From Nitrospinota bacterium (GTDB taxonomy: Bacteria; UBA8248), in NCBI GenBank assembly GCA_009839615.1, contig VXPH01000008.1, positions 10,949 through 74,948 of the forward strand: DNA of 64,000 bases, written 5' to 3'. Positions 1 to 10,449 of the stretch are shown piece after piece; position 1 is the first letter of the stretch, and each line of letters opens with the position of its first letter. The notes beneath the pieces were generated by a model, which was not told where the DNA came from, did not search any database, and was given only the letters and a program-made list of their open reading frames with translations. Both the position numbers and the translations under genes were made by a program.

Positions 1-242
1 GGCGCCAGGACGAACACGATCCTGTCCGCCTTGTCGGGAACGATGTCTTCCTTCAAGAACAGCTTCAGCCCGTCCGCGATGGGCTGCAAGAGCCCGTGCC
101 AGCCCACGCGCATGGGTCCCAGGCGCAACTGGGCGTGGGCGATCACCTTCCGCTCGACGTAGATCATATACGCCACCACGAGCTGCACCACGTTGACCAC
201 GATGAATATCTTTATCGCGGCGACCGCGACTTCAAGCGCCAT
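1..242 (-). CDS. nuoH: NADH-quinone oxidoreductase subunit H, second copy (N-terminal part only; gene runs off window start)
   Basis: Reverse-complement translation from ATG at ~242-240 gives [81 protein letters not shown], matching the N-terminus of the NuoH at 9469-10449 ([25 protein letters not shown]). AAGGAG SD sits upstream. Not in the ORF track because no stop lies in the window. Confidence 0.8.
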   Translation of the reverse strand, partial: MALEVAVAAIKIFIVVNVVQLVVAYMIYVERKVIAHAQLRLGPMRVGWHGLLQPIADGLKLFLKEDIVPDKADRIVFVLA

Positions 243-260
243 GTCCAACGAAGCTACTCC

Positions 261-1403
261 TTACCGATCACACTCGCCCAACACGATGTCGATGCTTCCG
301 ATGATGGCCACCACGTCCGCGACCAACTGCCCCACGCACAGCTTCTTGAGTCCGCCGAGGTTGATGAACGAGGGCGGACGGATGCGGACGCGGTAGGGCG
401 TCGTCGTCCCGTCGCTCACGATGTAGAAGCCGAACTCGCCCTTGGGGTTTTCGATGCTGTGGTATATCTCGCCCTCGGGCGGCTTGATGGTTCGCGGCGT
501 CTTGCAGCTCACCGGCCCGCCGGGAAGCTGCTCCAGGCACTGCTGGATGATATAGATGCTCTGGCGCAACTCCTCGATGCGCACCAGATAGCGATCGTAG
601 ATGTCGCCGTTCTCGCCGATGGGCACGACGAAATCGAGATAGGGGTACGCCGCGTAGGGCTTGGCGCGCCTCAGGTCCCATTTTACGCCGCTGCCCCGGA
701 TGATCGGCCCCGTGAGGCCCAAATCCATCGCGTCCTCGGCGGAGATGATGCCCACGTCGCGCGTTCGCTGCAGCCAGATGCGGTTGTTGGTGAGCAGCGT
801 CTCGTAGTCGTCGACCCGGCTCGGGAAAATGTCGGCGAACTCCTGCGTAAGCTGCAGGAACTTGTCCGGCACGTCCTCGTGCAGGCCGCCCAGGCGGAAG
901 GCGTTCACCGTCAGGCGGCCGCCGAACGCCGTCTCGAAGAGGTCGAGCACCATCTCGCGCTCTCTGAAGCACCACAGGAACACCGTCATCGCCCCGATGT
1001 CCAGGGCGTGCGTGGCGAGCCAGAGCAGATGGCTGGCGATGCGGGAGAGCTCCCCCACCATCGAGCGGATGTACTGCGCCCGCATGGGGATCTCCCAGTC
1101 GAAGAACTTCTCCACCGCCGTGACCCACGCGAGATTGTTCGAGGGCGCCGCGATGTAGTCGAGCCTGTCCGTATAGGGGATGAACATCGTGTAGTTGATG
1201 TTCTCGCCGATCTTCTCCGTGCCCCGGTGCAGGTAGCCGATGTCGCAGTCGAGATCGTTCACCGTCTCGCCGTCGAGCTTGAGGATGACCCTGAGTACCC
1301 CGTGCGTGCTCGGGTGCTGGGGGCCCATGTTGATGACGAGTTCTTCGGTCCCGTGCAGCGTGCTCTGCTGCTCGATACGGGACACATTCGCTACGCCGAC
1401 CAT
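261..1403 (-). CDS. nuoD: NADH-quinone oxidoreductase subunit D (49 kDa), second copy
   Basis: 380 aa; NMGPQHPSTHGVLR...C-terminal IVLGECDR hallmarks of NuoD. Paralog of 15004-16230. Confidence 0.92.
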   Translation of the reverse strand: MVGVANVSRIEQQSTLHGTEELVINMGPQHPSTHGVLRVILKLDGETVNDLDCDIGYLHRGTEKIGENINYTMFIPYTDRLDYIAAPSNNLAWVTAVEKFFDWEIPMRAQYIRSMVGELSRIASHLLWLATHALDIGAMTVFLWCFREREMVLDLFETAFGGRLTVNAFRLGGLHEDVPDKFLQLTQEFADIFPSRVDDYETLLTNNRIWLQRTRDVGIISAEDAMDLGLTGPIIRGSGVKWDLRRAKPYAAYPYLDFVVPIGENGDIYDRYLVRIEELRQSIYIIQQCLEQLPGGPVSCKTPRTIKPPEGEIYHSIENPKGEFGFYIVSDGTTTPYRVRIRPPSFINLGGLKKLCVGQLVADVVAIIGSIDIVLGECDR

Positions 1404-1431
1404 TTCCTCATTCCCTCAAAAATGCGCCGTT

Positions 1432-2034
1432 CTACTCGCCGATTTCCTTGCGCTTCGGCTTGGTGTAAATCCGCTCTCCCCTGCCCTCGAGCGGGTAGTC
1501 CTTCCGCATGGGATGGCTGCCCCAGTTGTCGGGCAGCAGTATCCGCCTGAGATCCGGATGACCTTCGAATTCAATGCCGAACAAATCGTATACCTCGCGC
1601 TCCATCCAGTCCGCGCTGGTCCATACCCCCGAAACCGTGGGCACGGCCCGGCCTTCCTTGATCCGCACCTTGAGACGAAGCCTGCGGTTATGCTCGAAGC
1701 TGTAGAGGTGGTAGAGCATCTCGAAGGGGTCTTCGGCTTCGGGGTAGTGCGCCGCCGTCAAATCGGTGAGGAGCTTGAAGAGCGCATCGCCGTGGTCGCG
1801 CAGATGCGTGCACACGGCGACGATGGAATCGACGTCCAGCACGAACGTCGCCTCGTCCTCATCGTCCTCATAGGCGCTCTGCTCGAGCACCGCGCCGGGA
1901 AACGCCGACTCCACCACCTCCTTCAAATCCTCGCCGGGCGGGGTCTTTACGGCTTCGGCGATCTCTTCGGCGGATTCTTCGGAATCCGGCGCGCCGTTCG
2001 TTTCTTCGCTGTTTTCCACCACTTCGTCGGGCAT
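1432..2034 (-). CDS. nuoC: NADH-quinone oxidoreductase subunit C (30 kDa), second copy
   Basis: 200 aa; acidic N-terminus then the 30-kDa subunit core (EHNRRLRLKVRI..GVWTSADWMEREVYDLFGIEFEGHPDLRRIL). Position between nuoB and nuoD. Confidence 0.88.
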   Translation of the reverse strand: MPDEVVENSEETNGAPDSEESAEEIAEAVKTPPGEDLKEVVESAFPGAVLEQSAYEDDEDEATFVLDVDSIVAVCTHLRDHGDALFKLLTDLTAAHYPEAEDPFEMLYHLYSFEHNRRLRLKVRIKEGRAVPTVSGVWTSADWMEREVYDLFGIEFEGHPDLRRILLPDNWGSHPMRKDYPLEGRGERIYTKPKRKEIGE

Positions 2035-2061
2035 CTTCTTCCCTTGTGCGCCGTATGGCTT

Positions 2062-2538
2062 TTATTTGCGGATGTATTTTTCCTGTTCAATCTTTTTCTG
2101 AAGCTGCATGACGCCCCACATCAAGGACTCGGGCCTGGGCGGGCAACCCGGAACGTAGACGTCCACCGGGATGATTTCATCCACTCCCTGCATCACCGCA
2201 TAGTTCGCATACGGGCCGCCGCAGGTGGCGCAGTTGCCCATCGCGATCACCCAGCGCGGCTCGGGCATCTGATCGTAGACCTTGCGAATCGCGTCCCCCA
2301 TCTTGTGGGTGACGGTGCCCGCCACGATGATCACGTCGGACTGGCGCGGCGTGGCGCGGAAAATCACGCCGAAGCGGTCGAAATCGTAACGCGCCGCGCC
2401 CGAGGCCATCATCTCGATAGCGCAACACGCCAGGCCGAAGGTCATCGGCCAGAGCGCGCTCTTCCTCGCCCAGGCGACCAGGCTGTCGACTTTCGACGTG
2501 ATGAAGTTGTCACTGAACTTGCCCTCGACTATGCCCAT
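2062..2538 (-). CDS. nuoB: NADH-quinone oxidoreductase subunit B (20 kDa, Fe-S N2), second copy
   Basis: LACCAIEMM...[10 protein letters not shown]...VPGCPPRPE cysteine motifs of NuoB. Start set at internal Met (MGIVEGKF) with AAGGAG SD, overlapping the nuoA stop by ~10 nt. The longer ORF 2062-2757 has no support for its extension. Confidence 0.88.
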   Translation of the reverse strand: MGIVEGKFSDNFITSKVDSLVAWARKSALWPMTFGLACCAIEMMASGAARYDFDRFGVIFRATPRQSDVIIVAGTVTHKMGDAIRKVYDQMPEPRWVIAMGNCATCGGPYANYAVMQGVDEIIPVDVYVPGCPPRPESLMWGVMQLQKKIEQEKYIRK

Positions 2539-2930
2539 TCCAACGCTCCTTTTCGCCAAGCGTAGAAATAACCCACCAACAGGATGGCGATGAACAGCAT
2601 CATCTCGATGAATCCGAACAGCCCGAGGGCGTCGTAGCGAACCGCCCAGGGGAAGAGGAACAAGGCCTCCACGTCGAACAGCAGGAACAGGATGCCCAGC
2701 AGGTAGAACCGGATGGAGAAACGCTCGTGCGCCTCCATGAGGGGGGGCATGCCGCACTCATAGGGGGAGTTCTTCTCGGGGTCCGGGTTGTTCGGGCGGA
2801 TGATGAGCGCGAAGATCAGAATGCTCGCGGCGAGCGCGGCCGCCATGAGCGTGATCAGGAATATGGGGATGTAGGGATTGATGACCTCATAATCCCTGAA
2901 AAATGCGCCGACAACCTCCATCGCATCCAT
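2529..2930 (-). CDS. nuoA: NADH-quinone oxidoreductase subunit A, second copy
   Basis: 133 aa, three TM helices, PYECG and [12 protein letters not shown] motifs. Confidence 0.88.
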   Translation of the reverse strand: MDAMEVVGAFFRDYEVINPYIPIFLITLMAAALAASILIFALIIRPNNPDPEKNSPYECGMPPLMEAHERFSIRFYLLGILFLLFDVEALFLFPWAVRYDALGLFGFIEMMLFIAILLVGYFYAWRKGALEWA

Positions 2931-3046
2931 GCGTGGCTCCCCGCCAAAAACCGCTAGGGGTTATGAAAAAGCGCCGCCCTCATCTTTGCCGCAAGGCGGT
3001 CGTTTCCCTCGAAAACCCCTGGAACAAAAGCCTGAAATCGAACGAA

Positions 3047-3070
3047 CCGCCATGACTTATATCATGGCGG
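3047..3070 (-). terminator. perfect 9-bp hairpin (CCGCCATGA-TATAAG-TCATGGCGG) in nuoN-nuoA spacer; candidate intrinsic terminator/processing site between the two nuo clusters
   Basis: Inverted repeat read directly. On the minus strand it is followed by UUCGUUCGAUUUCAG. It lies 25 nt downstream of the nuoN stop. Confidence 0.45.
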
Positions 3071-3094
3071 CAATCGAAAAACCAACCCCTGAGG

Positions 3095-4573
3095 TCAATT
3101 AAAAAAGACTGCGGAGCGATGGGCGAAATCGAGCACCGAGGAGGGGAAAATCCCCAGTTGCAGGGTGCTCGCGACGGCCAGCGTAAGCGCCGCGACCGCA
3201 TAGGACCAGCCCGGATGCGGAACGCTGCTCGCGGCCTCGCCCTGCGGTTCGCGCATGTACATCACCACGACGAGCCTAAGGTAATAATACACGGCCACCA
3301 CGCTGTTGAGCACCGCGATGACGGTCAGCCAGACGTAGCCGCCGTTCAGCGCCGCGCTGAAGACGTGGAATTTCGCCACGAAACCCCCGGTGGGCGGCAG
3401 GCCGGAGAGCGACACCATGAACACGGCCATCGCCGCCGCAAGACCGGGCCGGAAGGAGGCCAGGCCCGCGAGGTTGTCCAGCTTCGTGCCGCCGTCCTCG
3501 CGCATGTTCGAGATGAGGATGAGCACGCAGAAAGCGCCCATGTTCATGAACACGTAGACGAGCATGTAATACAGGAACCCGCTCGTGGCCAGTTCCGCGC
3601 TCGAGCGCGATGCCACGAGCGCGACCATGAGGTAGCCGGCGTGCGCGATGCTGGAATAGGCGAGCATGCGCTTCACGCAGGACTGCCAGATGGCGACGAG
3701 GTTCGCCAGGCTCATCGTGAGGACGGCCATCACCCACAAAACCGAATCGAAGCTCCCGCCCGCGTCGCCCGCGGAGAGAAAAACCCGGAAGAAAGCGGCG
3801 AAAGCCGCCGCCTTGGGGCCCACGGACATGAACGCCGTCACCGCGGTGGGCGCGCCCTCGTATACGTCCGGCGTCCACATGTAGAAAGGCGCCGCGGCCA
3901 CCTTGAAGCCCAGGCCGACCACCATGAAGCCCAGACCCATCAGGAAGGCCGCCCCGCGCGAGGCGGGATTCTCGTGAAGCCGCGTCGCTATCTCGATCAG
4001 GTCGACCGAGCCGGTCGCGCCATAGACGAGCGCCATGCCGTAGAGCAGAAAGCCCGAGGCGAACGAACCGAGCAGAAAGTATTTCAAAGACGCCTCGTTG
4101 CCCTCGGGCCGCGCGCGCAGGTAACCCGCCAGGACGTAGAGCGACAGGGAGAACACTTCCAGACCCACGAATATCATCAGCAGGTTCCGCGTCGCCGCCA
4201 TGAGCATCATACCGGAGGTGGCGAAGAGGATGAGGCCGAAGTATTCGCCCGCCGGCGTATCGTCCAGCTCCCGCTGGGCCGCGGCGATGAGCACCGAGAA
4301 TATGCTCGCGAACAGGATGACGACGTAGAGAAACTGCGTGAACCCGTCGAAGAGGTACATGCCGCCGAACGAGGCGGCCAGGCCCGGCAGCGCGCGCGCG
4401 CCGAGCGTCACGCCCAGGGCGGCAGCCAGCGTCACCAGCGTGATGATGACGATGACGGAGCGCTCCCCTTTGGCGAGAAAAGCGTCCCACATCAACACCA
4501 GCACCGCCCCGCAGACCGGCAGGATCACCGGCAGCAGGTATCCCCAGTGGATCGTGGGATGAACGATATCCAA
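3095..4573 (-). CDS. nuoN: NADH-quinone oxidoreductase subunit N
   Basis: 492 aa polytopic antiporter-like subunit, last gene of the 14-gene cluster. Confidence 0.9.
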   Translation of the reverse strand: MDIVHPTIHWGYLLPVILPVCGAVLVLMWDAFLAKGERSVIVIITLVTLAAALGVTLGARALPGLAASFGGMYLFDGFTQFLYVVILFASIFSVLIAAAQRELDDTPAGEYFGLILFATSGMMLMAATRNLLMIFVGLEVFSLSLYVLAGYLRARPEGNEASLKYFLLGSFASGFLLYGMALVYGATGSVDLIEIATRLHENPASRGAAFLMGLGFMVVGLGFKVAAAPFYMWTPDVYEGAPTAVTAFMSVGPKAAAFAAFFRVFLSAGDAGGSFDSVLWVMAVLTMSLANLVAIWQSCVKRMLAYSSIAHAGYLMVALVASRSSAELATSGFLYYMLVYVFMNMGAFCVLILISNMREDGGTKLDNLAGLASFRPGLAAAMAVFMVSLSGLPPTGGFVAKFHVFSAALNGGYVWLTVIAVLNSVVAVYYYLRLVVVMYMREPQGEAASSVPHPGWSYAVAALTLAVASTLQLGIFPSSVLDFAHRSAVFFN

Positions 4574-4575
4574 AG

Positions 4576-6129
4576 CTATTTCACCTCGACTCTTTGCGCA
4601 TAAGCGAGCACGTTCTTTTGTATTTCAGGCGCAGGCGCTTTCTCCACGCGCAGCACCCGCCGGTTCACCTGCGAGAGCCAGGCCTTGGCCGAAGGCTCGA
4701 TCCGCTCGAACAACGGTTTGGGATACAGCCCGATCCAGAACATCAGGGCCACCATGGGCAGCATGACGAGCCACTCGCGCCTGTTCATGTCGGCAAGCCC
4801 CAGGTTCGCCCGCACGCTCACCTCGCCGAACAGGACGCGCTGCAGCATCCAGAGCATGTAGACCGCCGAGAGAACCACGCCGGTGGCCGCGATGGCCGCG
4901 AACCAGGCGTTGCGCTCGAACGCGCCCAGGAGAATCGTGAACTCGCCCACGAACCCGTTCAGCCCCGGAAGGCCGATGCTGCTGAGCGCGGTGATGATGA
5001 AAAACGTCGAAAATACCGGCATCACCCGGAGCAGGCCGCCGAATTCCTCGATCTGCCTCGTGTGCCGCCTCGAATAGATGAAGCCCACGATCAGGAAGAG
5101 CGCCCCGCTGCTGATGCCGTGATTCACCATCTGGATGACGCTCCCCGAAGCGCCCAGGAGATTGAAGGAGAAAAGCCCCAGCATCACGAAGCCCAAGTGA
5201 CTCACCGAGGAGTAGGCCACGAGCTTTTTCACGTCGGTCTGCACCATCGCCATGAGCGCGCCGTAGATGATCCCCACAAGCGCCAGGCATATGATGAGGA
5301 ACGCGAACTCGCGCGCGGCTGTGGGGAACAGCGGCATCGCCAGCCTCATGAAGCCATACGTGCCCATCTTCAGGAGGACGCCGGCGAGGATGACGCTTCC
5401 CGCCGTGGGCGCTTCCACGTGGGCGTCGGGCAGCCAGGTGTGAAACGGGAAAATCGGCACCTTGATGGCGAAGGAGATGGCGAACGCGGCGAACAGCCAC
5501 GGCTGGAGGCCGGCGTCCACGGGTTCTCTGAAATGCGCCAGGATGTCGAACGTGCCGACCCCGCTCGCGAAATACAGCCAGATGATCGCCACGAGCATCA
5601 GTACGCTTCCGGCCATGGTATAGAGGAAGAACTTTACCGCCGCGTAAATCCGCCTGCCCCCGCCCCAGACCCCGATGATGAGGTACATCGGAATCAGCAT
5701 TCCTTCCCAGAAGACATAGAACAGGAAGAAATCGAGCGCGAAGAACACGCCGAGCATCCCCGTCTCCAGGAACAGCAGGGACATGTAGTAGAGCCGCGTC
5801 TTTTTCCGCACGTCCTCGAAAGAGAAGAGGATCGCGACGGGCGTCAGGATGGTGGTCAGCATCACGAGCAGCAGGCTGATTCCGTCCACGCCCACCTTGT
5901 AGGAAATCCCGAACCTCGGTATCCAGGCCGCCTCCTCGACGAACTGCATGCCCGCATAATCGGGCCGGAAGCCCAGGTACATCACGGCCGAGAGGACAAA
6001 CGTGACGAGGGACACCACCAGCGCGAACGCGCGAACGCCGCTGTCTTTCCCCTCGCCCTCCCGCGCGAACAGGAGCAGCAGGCCCCCGATCATGGGCAAA
6101 AACAATATCGAGGTGATTATTCCAGGCAC
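4576..6129 (-). CDS. nuoM: NADH-quinone oxidoreductase subunit M
   Basis: 517 aa antiporter-like subunit; position between nuoL and nuoN. Confidence 0.9.
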   Translation of the reverse strand: MPGIITSILFLPMIGGLLLLFAREGEGKDSGVRAFALVVSLVTFVLSAVMYLGFRPDYAGMQFVEEAAWIPRFGISYKVGVDGISLLLVMLTTILTPVAILFSFEDVRKKTRLYYMSLLFLETGMLGVFFALDFFLFYVFWEGMLIPMYLIIGVWGGGRRIYAAVKFFLYTMAGSVLMLVAIIWLYFASGVGTFDILAHFREPVDAGLQPWLFAAFAISFAIKVPIFPFHTWLPDAHVEAPTAGSVILAGVLLKMGTYGFMRLAMPLFPTAAREFAFLIICLALVGIIYGALMAMVQTDVKKLVAYSSVSHLGFVMLGLFSFNLLGASGSVIQMVNHGISSGALFLIVGFIYSRRHTRQIEEFGGLLRVMPVFSTFFIITALSSIGLPGLNGFVGEFTILLGAFERNAWFAAIAATGVVLSAVYMLWMLQRVLFGEVSVRANLGLADMNRREWLVMLPMVALMFWIGLYPKPLFERIEPSAKAWLSQVNRRVLRVEKAPAPEIQKNVLAYAQRVEVK

Positions 6130-6165
6130 TCGCCCCTCACGCTCCTCAAAGAATCGAAAGAATCA

Positions 6166-8070
6166 TCAGCGCGCGGTGAGATACAGCAGAATCACCAGCG
6201 CGCCGACCAGCATCGAAACGGCGTAGCTCTTCACGTAGCCCGTCTGGAGACGTCTCAGGACGCCCCCCAGGGAGCTGACGAAAAAGCCCGCGCCGTTCAC
6301 GGCCGCATCCACCAGACCGTCCTCGAATGCTCTCCAGCACCAAATCGACGCCCGCTTCACCGGTTGAACGATGCAGGCGTCATATATCTCGTCCACGTAA
6401 TACTTGTTCACCAGGAGCCGGTGGACTCCCGGCCAGAGCTCCGCGTACGCGCTGCCGCCGTCGTCTTTCAGCACATAGAGATTGTAGGCCGCATAAATGC
6501 CGATGAAGGCGATAGCGAGCGAGAACACCATCATCAGTATCTCCAACACCACCTCATGGTGCGCCTCGGCGTGACCGCCGAAAACGGGCGCCAGGAAATC
6601 GCCGAAAACGTTCGCGCCCGTGATGATGGGAATCCCCACCCAGCCGCCGACGATGGAGAGCGCCGCCAGCACCTGAAGCGGGAGCGTCATGTTTGTGGGG
6701 GATTCATGGACTTTCTGCTGCTCCTCCAGGCTCAGGTTGCAGGCGCCGAAGAACACGCGGAACAAGAGCCTGAACATGTAGAACGCCGTCATCAACGCGC
6801 CTGCTGCACCCGCGAGCCACAGGAGCACCCCGCCGCGCTCGGCGGTCATGGCCGAGTAGAGAATGGCGTCCTTGCTGAAAAAGCCGGCGAAGGGGAATAC
6901 GCCCGCGATGGCCAGCGCGCCGATCACGAAGGTGTTGCTCGTTCGCGGAAGGGCCGCCTGGAGCCCGCCCATCCTGCGGATGTCCTGCTCGCCGTCCAGG
7001 GCGTGAATCACGCTACCAGCGCCCAGGAACAGGAGCGCCTTGAAGAACGCATGGGTCATCAGATGGAAGATCGCCGCGGAGAACGCCCCCACGCCGCAGG
7101 CGAGAAACATATAGCCGAGTTGGCTCACCGTGCTGTAGGCGAGCACTTTCTTGATGTCGGTCTGCACCAGGGCGATGGACGCGGCCATCAACAGCGTGAG
7201 CGCCCCGACGACGGCCACCACCAGCATCGCCGTGGCTGAAAGTTCAAAGAGCACGTACGTTCTCGCCACCATGTAGACGCCCGCGGTCACCATGGTGGCC
7301 GCGTGTATCAGGGCGCTGACCGGGGTGGGGCCTTCCATCGCGTCGGGCAGCCAGACGTAAAGCGGAATCTGCGCGCTCTTGCCCGTGGCGCCCGCGAATA
7401 GCAGCAGGCAGATGATCGTCGCCGCCGTGCTCTCGGGACTGAGCAGCCCAGGCGCCTTCGAGAACACCTCCGAGAAATCCAGCGAGCCGACGACGCTGTA
7501 GATGTAGAAAAGCGCGATCAGGAAGCAGAAATCACCCACCCGGTTCACGATGAAGGCCTTCTTGCCGGCTTCGGCCGCCGCCTTGCGCTCGTACCAGAAG
7601 CCGATGAGCAGGTAGCTGCAAAGACCCACCGCTTCCCAGCCCACGAACATGACCACGAAGTTATCGCCCAGAACGAGCGTGAGCATCGAGAGCGAGAAGA
7701 GGTTCAGATAGATGAAATAGCGCACCACGCCGCGGTCGTCGTGCATGTAGCCCATCGAGTAGAGGTGGATCAGCGTCCCGACGCCGGTGACGACGAGCGC
7801 CATGACGGCCGAGAGCGGGTCCAGCGAGAAACTCGCATTGACCTCGAAGGCGCCCACGGGAATCCACTCGAACAACACGACACGGATGAGCCGCCCGTTC
7901 TCGGGCATCGCCAGAAGGCGAAGCCAGCCCGCGAGAGACGCCGCGAACGCGAGCGCCATCGCCAGCGTCGCGGCCCAGCCGGCGAACTTCTCCCCGCGCT
8001 TCCAGCCGAAGAGCAGGTTCACCAGCACGCCGATGAGGGGGAACAGCAATATGAGAGTCAAACTATCCAT
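6166..8070 (-). CDS. nuoL: NADH-quinone oxidoreductase subunit L
   Basis: 634 aa; antiporter-like subunit with long C-terminal extension typical of NuoL. Confidence 0.9.
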   Translation of the reverse strand: MDSLTLILLFPLIGVLVNLLFGWKRGEKFAGWAATLAMALAFAASLAGWLRLLAMPENGRLIRVVLFEWIPVGAFEVNASFSLDPLSAVMALVVTGVGTLIHLYSMGYMHDDRGVVRYFIYLNLFSLSMLTLVLGDNFVVMFVGWEAVGLCSYLLIGFWYERKAAAEAGKKAFIVNRVGDFCFLIALFYIYSVVGSLDFSEVFSKAPGLLSPESTAATIICLLLFAGATGKSAQIPLYVWLPDAMEGPTPVSALIHAATMVTAGVYMVARTYVLFELSATAMLVVAVVGALTLLMAASIALVQTDIKKVLAYSTVSQLGYMFLACGVGAFSAAIFHLMTHAFFKALLFLGAGSVIHALDGEQDIRRMGGLQAALPRTSNTFVIGALAIAGVFPFAGFFSKDAILYSAMTAERGGVLLWLAGAAGALMTAFYMFRLLFRVFFGACNLSLEEQQKVHESPTNMTLPLQVLAALSIVGGWVGIPIITGANVFGDFLAPVFGGHAEAHHEVVLEILMMVFSLAIAFIGIYAAYNLYVLKDDGGSAYAELWPGVHRLLVNKYYVDEIYDACIVQPVKRASIWCWRAFEDGLVDAAVNGAGFFVSSLGGVLRRLQTGYVKSYAVSMLVGALVILLYLTAR

Positions 8071-8082
8071 GATTCCTTGGCT

Positions 8083-8385
8083 CTATAGCTTCAGCAGGTT
8101 GATCTCGTCGAGATCCGTGGATTCGCGGTTTCTGTAGATCAGCACCACGATGGCCAGCCCGATGGCGGCCTCCGCCGCGGCCACCGCCATCACGAAAAAC
8201 ACGATCATCTGGCCCGCCATCGAATCGAGGAAGCGGCCATAGGCCACGAACGCCAGGTTCGCCCCGTTCATCATCAACTCGATGCACAAGATGACGACGA
8301 TGGCGTTTCTGCGCACCACGACGCCCACGACGCCCAGGGAGAAGAGAACCGCACTCAATATCAGATAATGCTCGAGCGGCGCCAC
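8083..8385 (-). CDS. nuoK: NADH-quinone oxidoreductase subunit K
   Basis: 100 aa, three TM helices; position and size. Confidence 0.88.
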   Translation of the reverse strand: MAPLEHYLILSAVLFSLGVVGVVVRRNAIVVILCIELMMNGANLAFVAYGRFLDSMAGQMIVFFVMAVAAAEAAIGLAIVVLIYRNRESTDLDEINLLKL

Positions 8386-8397
8386 GTCCTACCCCTC

Positions 8398-8916
8398 CTA
8401 GCGGCTTCGCCGGCGCGCCAGTACCACGGCGCCGACGATGCCCACGAACAACAAGACGCCCATCGCCTGAAACGGCAGGACGTAATCCGTCAACAAGAGG
8501 TTTCCGATAATCTGCGTGTTGCCCAGCTCGCTCACGCGCTCGGGCGGAAAACTCCCCTTCTTTCCCGTCATGAGGGAGGTGGAGAGGAATACCTTGAGCA
8601 GCATGCTGAAGACGGCGAGCCCCGCGATGGCGCCCAGAAGCTTCTGGCCGGGCAGGCGCAACTCCCGCTTCTCCTCCCTCCCTAAGTTGATCAGCATCAC
8701 CACGAACAGGAAGAGCATCATGATCGCGCTGGCGTAGATGATCACCTGAACGATGGCGACGAACTGCGCGTGAAGCGAGAGATAAAGCCCCGCGAGGCCC
8801 AGGAAGGTCAGGATCAGGGCAAGTACGCTGTAGAGCGGGCTGGGGAACGCGACGACGGCTATTGCGCCCACTGTCGTCACCACCGCCAGGAAATAAAAAA
8901 ACAGGGAACTGGCCAC
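8398..8916 (-). CDS. nuoJ: NADH-quinone oxidoreductase subunit J
   Basis: 172 aa membrane protein; position between nuoI and nuoK. Confidence 0.85.
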   Translation of the reverse strand: MASSLFFYFLAVVTTVGAIAVVAFPSPLYSVLALILTFLGLAGLYLSLHAQFVAIVQVIIYASAIMMLFLFVVMLINLGREEKRELRLPGQKLLGAIAGLAVFSMLLKVFLSTSLMTGKKGSFPPERVSELGNTQIIGNLLLTDYVLPFQAMGVLLFVGIVGAVVLARRRSR

Positions 8917-8961
8917 TACCGCCCATCCTCCAGCGGGCGGGCGCCCGCTTCAAATCGAACC

Positions 8962-9441
8962 CTAGACATACGTGAGCAGGTTTTTCTCTTCATAGCGGGC
9001 ATGAAGCTCCGGATAATCCTCGGTCCGCTCCACGAGCAAATCGCCCTTCTCATAGAGGAACTTGCCCCGGTCGTCCTGACAGAATTCATACTCGTTGCCC
9101 AGTACGACCGCTCCGACCGGGCAGGCCTCTTCGCAGTATCCGCAGAAGATGCAGCGAAGCTCGTTGATCTCGTAAATGCTGGCGTAGCGCTCGCCCTTGG
9201 AAGTGGGCGCCTCGGGGTCGTTCTCCTCCGATTCCACATAAATACAGTCCACGGGACAGGCCGCCGAGCAGAGCTTGCACCCCACGCAGCGCTCGAGACC
9301 ATCCTCCCAGCGCAGCAGCTTGTGGAGGCCGCGGTAGCCCACGGGCATCTCCTCTTTGACGTCGGGGTATTGCACGGTCACGCGGTTTTTGAAGGAATGT
9401 CTGATCGTCAGCCACAACCCCTTGCAAATCTCGCCTAACAT
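8962..9441 (-). CDS. nuoI: NADH-quinone oxidoreductase subunit I (2x[4Fe-4S] ferredoxin)
   Basis: Two CxxCxxCxxxCP motifs (CVGCKLCSAACP, CIFCGYCEEACP). Confidence 0.92.
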   Translation of the reverse strand: MLGEICKGLWLTIRHSFKNRVTVQYPDVKEEMPVGYRGLHKLLRWEDGLERCVGCKLCSAACPVDCIYVESEENDPEAPTSKGERYASIYEINELRCIFCGYCEEACPVGAVVLGNEYEFCQDDRGKFLYEKGDLLVERTEDYPELHARYEEKNLLTYV

Positions 9442-9468
9442 GGAACCTCCTCCCCCTCACACGGCCCG

Positions 9469-10449
9469 CTAGCCGATGAAAACGACGGCGGCGGCCGTGA
9501 GTATCACGTTCACGATGGACAGCGGCAGAAGCACCTTCCATCCAAAACCCATCAGTTGGTCATAGCGCAGGCGCGGCGTGGAGGCGCGCAGCCACATGAA
9601 GAAGAACATGAACGCCAACACCTTGATCAGGAACCACAGGACGGGCGGCAGCAGCGGCCCGCGCCATCCGCCGAGGAAAAAAGTCGCCCCCACCGCCGAG
9701 AGCGTAATCATGCTGCAGTACTCGGCGATGGAGTAAACCGCAAAGTGCATGCTGCTGTACTCGGTATGAAAACCGCCCGTGAGTTCGCTCTCGGCCTCGG
9801 GCAAATCGAAGGGCGCACGGTTCGTCTCCGCCAGCATGCAGATGACGAACAGCAGAAAGCCCAGGGGCTGCAAGACGATGTAGGGCATCCCGGCCTGGCC
9901 CTCGACGATTCCCTTTAAGCTCAGGGTGCCCGAGATCATGACCACGCCCAGAAGCGACATGCCGAGCGAGAGTTCGTAGCTGATGAGCTGGGCCGCGGAG
10001 CGAAGGCCGCCGATGAGCGGATACTTGCTGTTCGAAGCCCATGAGCCGAGCACGATGCCGTACACGCCGATGCCCGCCATGGCGAAGATGTAGAGGATGC
10101 CGACGTTCACGTCGGCCAGCACCAGGTCCACCTTCTGGCCGAGCACGGTCACGGAATCGCCGAAAGGCACCACGGCGAAAGCGGCCAGCGCCGGAATGAG
10201 CGTGACGGCGGGTGCTAAAACGTAAATCACCTTGTCCGCCTGAGCGGGGATGATGGTTTCCTTGAACATGAGCTTGATCCCGTCCGCGATGGGCTGCAAA
10301 AGCCCCGAAGGACCCACGCGGTTGGGGCCTACGCGCACCTGTACGAGCGCGAACACGCGCCGCTCCATCCAGGTCATGTAGGCGGCGAGCAGCAAAAGCC
10401 CGCCGAAGCCCACGAGCACTTTCCCGAGTATGATGAGCAGCGTAACCAT
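9469..10449 (-). CDS. nuoH: NADH-quinone oxidoreductase subunit H
   Basis: 326 aa, 8 TM helices, [22 protein letters not shown] motif. Confidence 0.92.
   Translation of the reverse strand: MVTLLIILGKVLVGFGGLLLLAAYMTWMERRVFALVQVRVGPNRVGPSGLLQPIADGIKLMFKETIIPAQADKVIYVLAPAVTLIPALAAFAVVPFGDSVTVLGQKVDLVLADVNVGILYIFAMAGIGVYGIVLGSWASNSKYPLIGGLRSAAQLISYELSLGMSLLGVVMISGTLSLKGIVEGQAGMPYIVLQPLGFLLFVICMLAETNRAPFDLPEAESELTGGFHTEYSSMHFAVYSIAEYCSMITLSAVGATFFLGGWRGPLLPPVLWFLIKVLAFMFFFMWLRASTPRLRYDQLMGFGWKVLLPLSIVNVILTAAAVVFIG

Noticed and set aside
96-1550. 484-aa plus-strand ORF (also 829-1158, 1240-2565)
   Set aside because: Lies antisense to nuoD2/nuoC2/nuoB2, which carry unambiguous complex-I motifs. 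The translation is Arg/Asp/His-rich low complexity typical of GC-rich antisense frames.
2062-2757. N-terminally extended NuoB (231 aa) and likewise 16914-17630 (238 aa)
   Set aside because: The extensions are Arg/Pro-rich, overlap nuoA on another frame, and both copies have an internal Met with AAGGAG-type SD at the conserved NuoB N-terminus.
4594-7239. 881-aa plus-strand ORF and 3119-4603 plus-strand ORF
   Set aside because: Antisense to nuoN/nuoM/nuoL. No start context, extreme Arg/His/Glu composition; high-GC artefacts.
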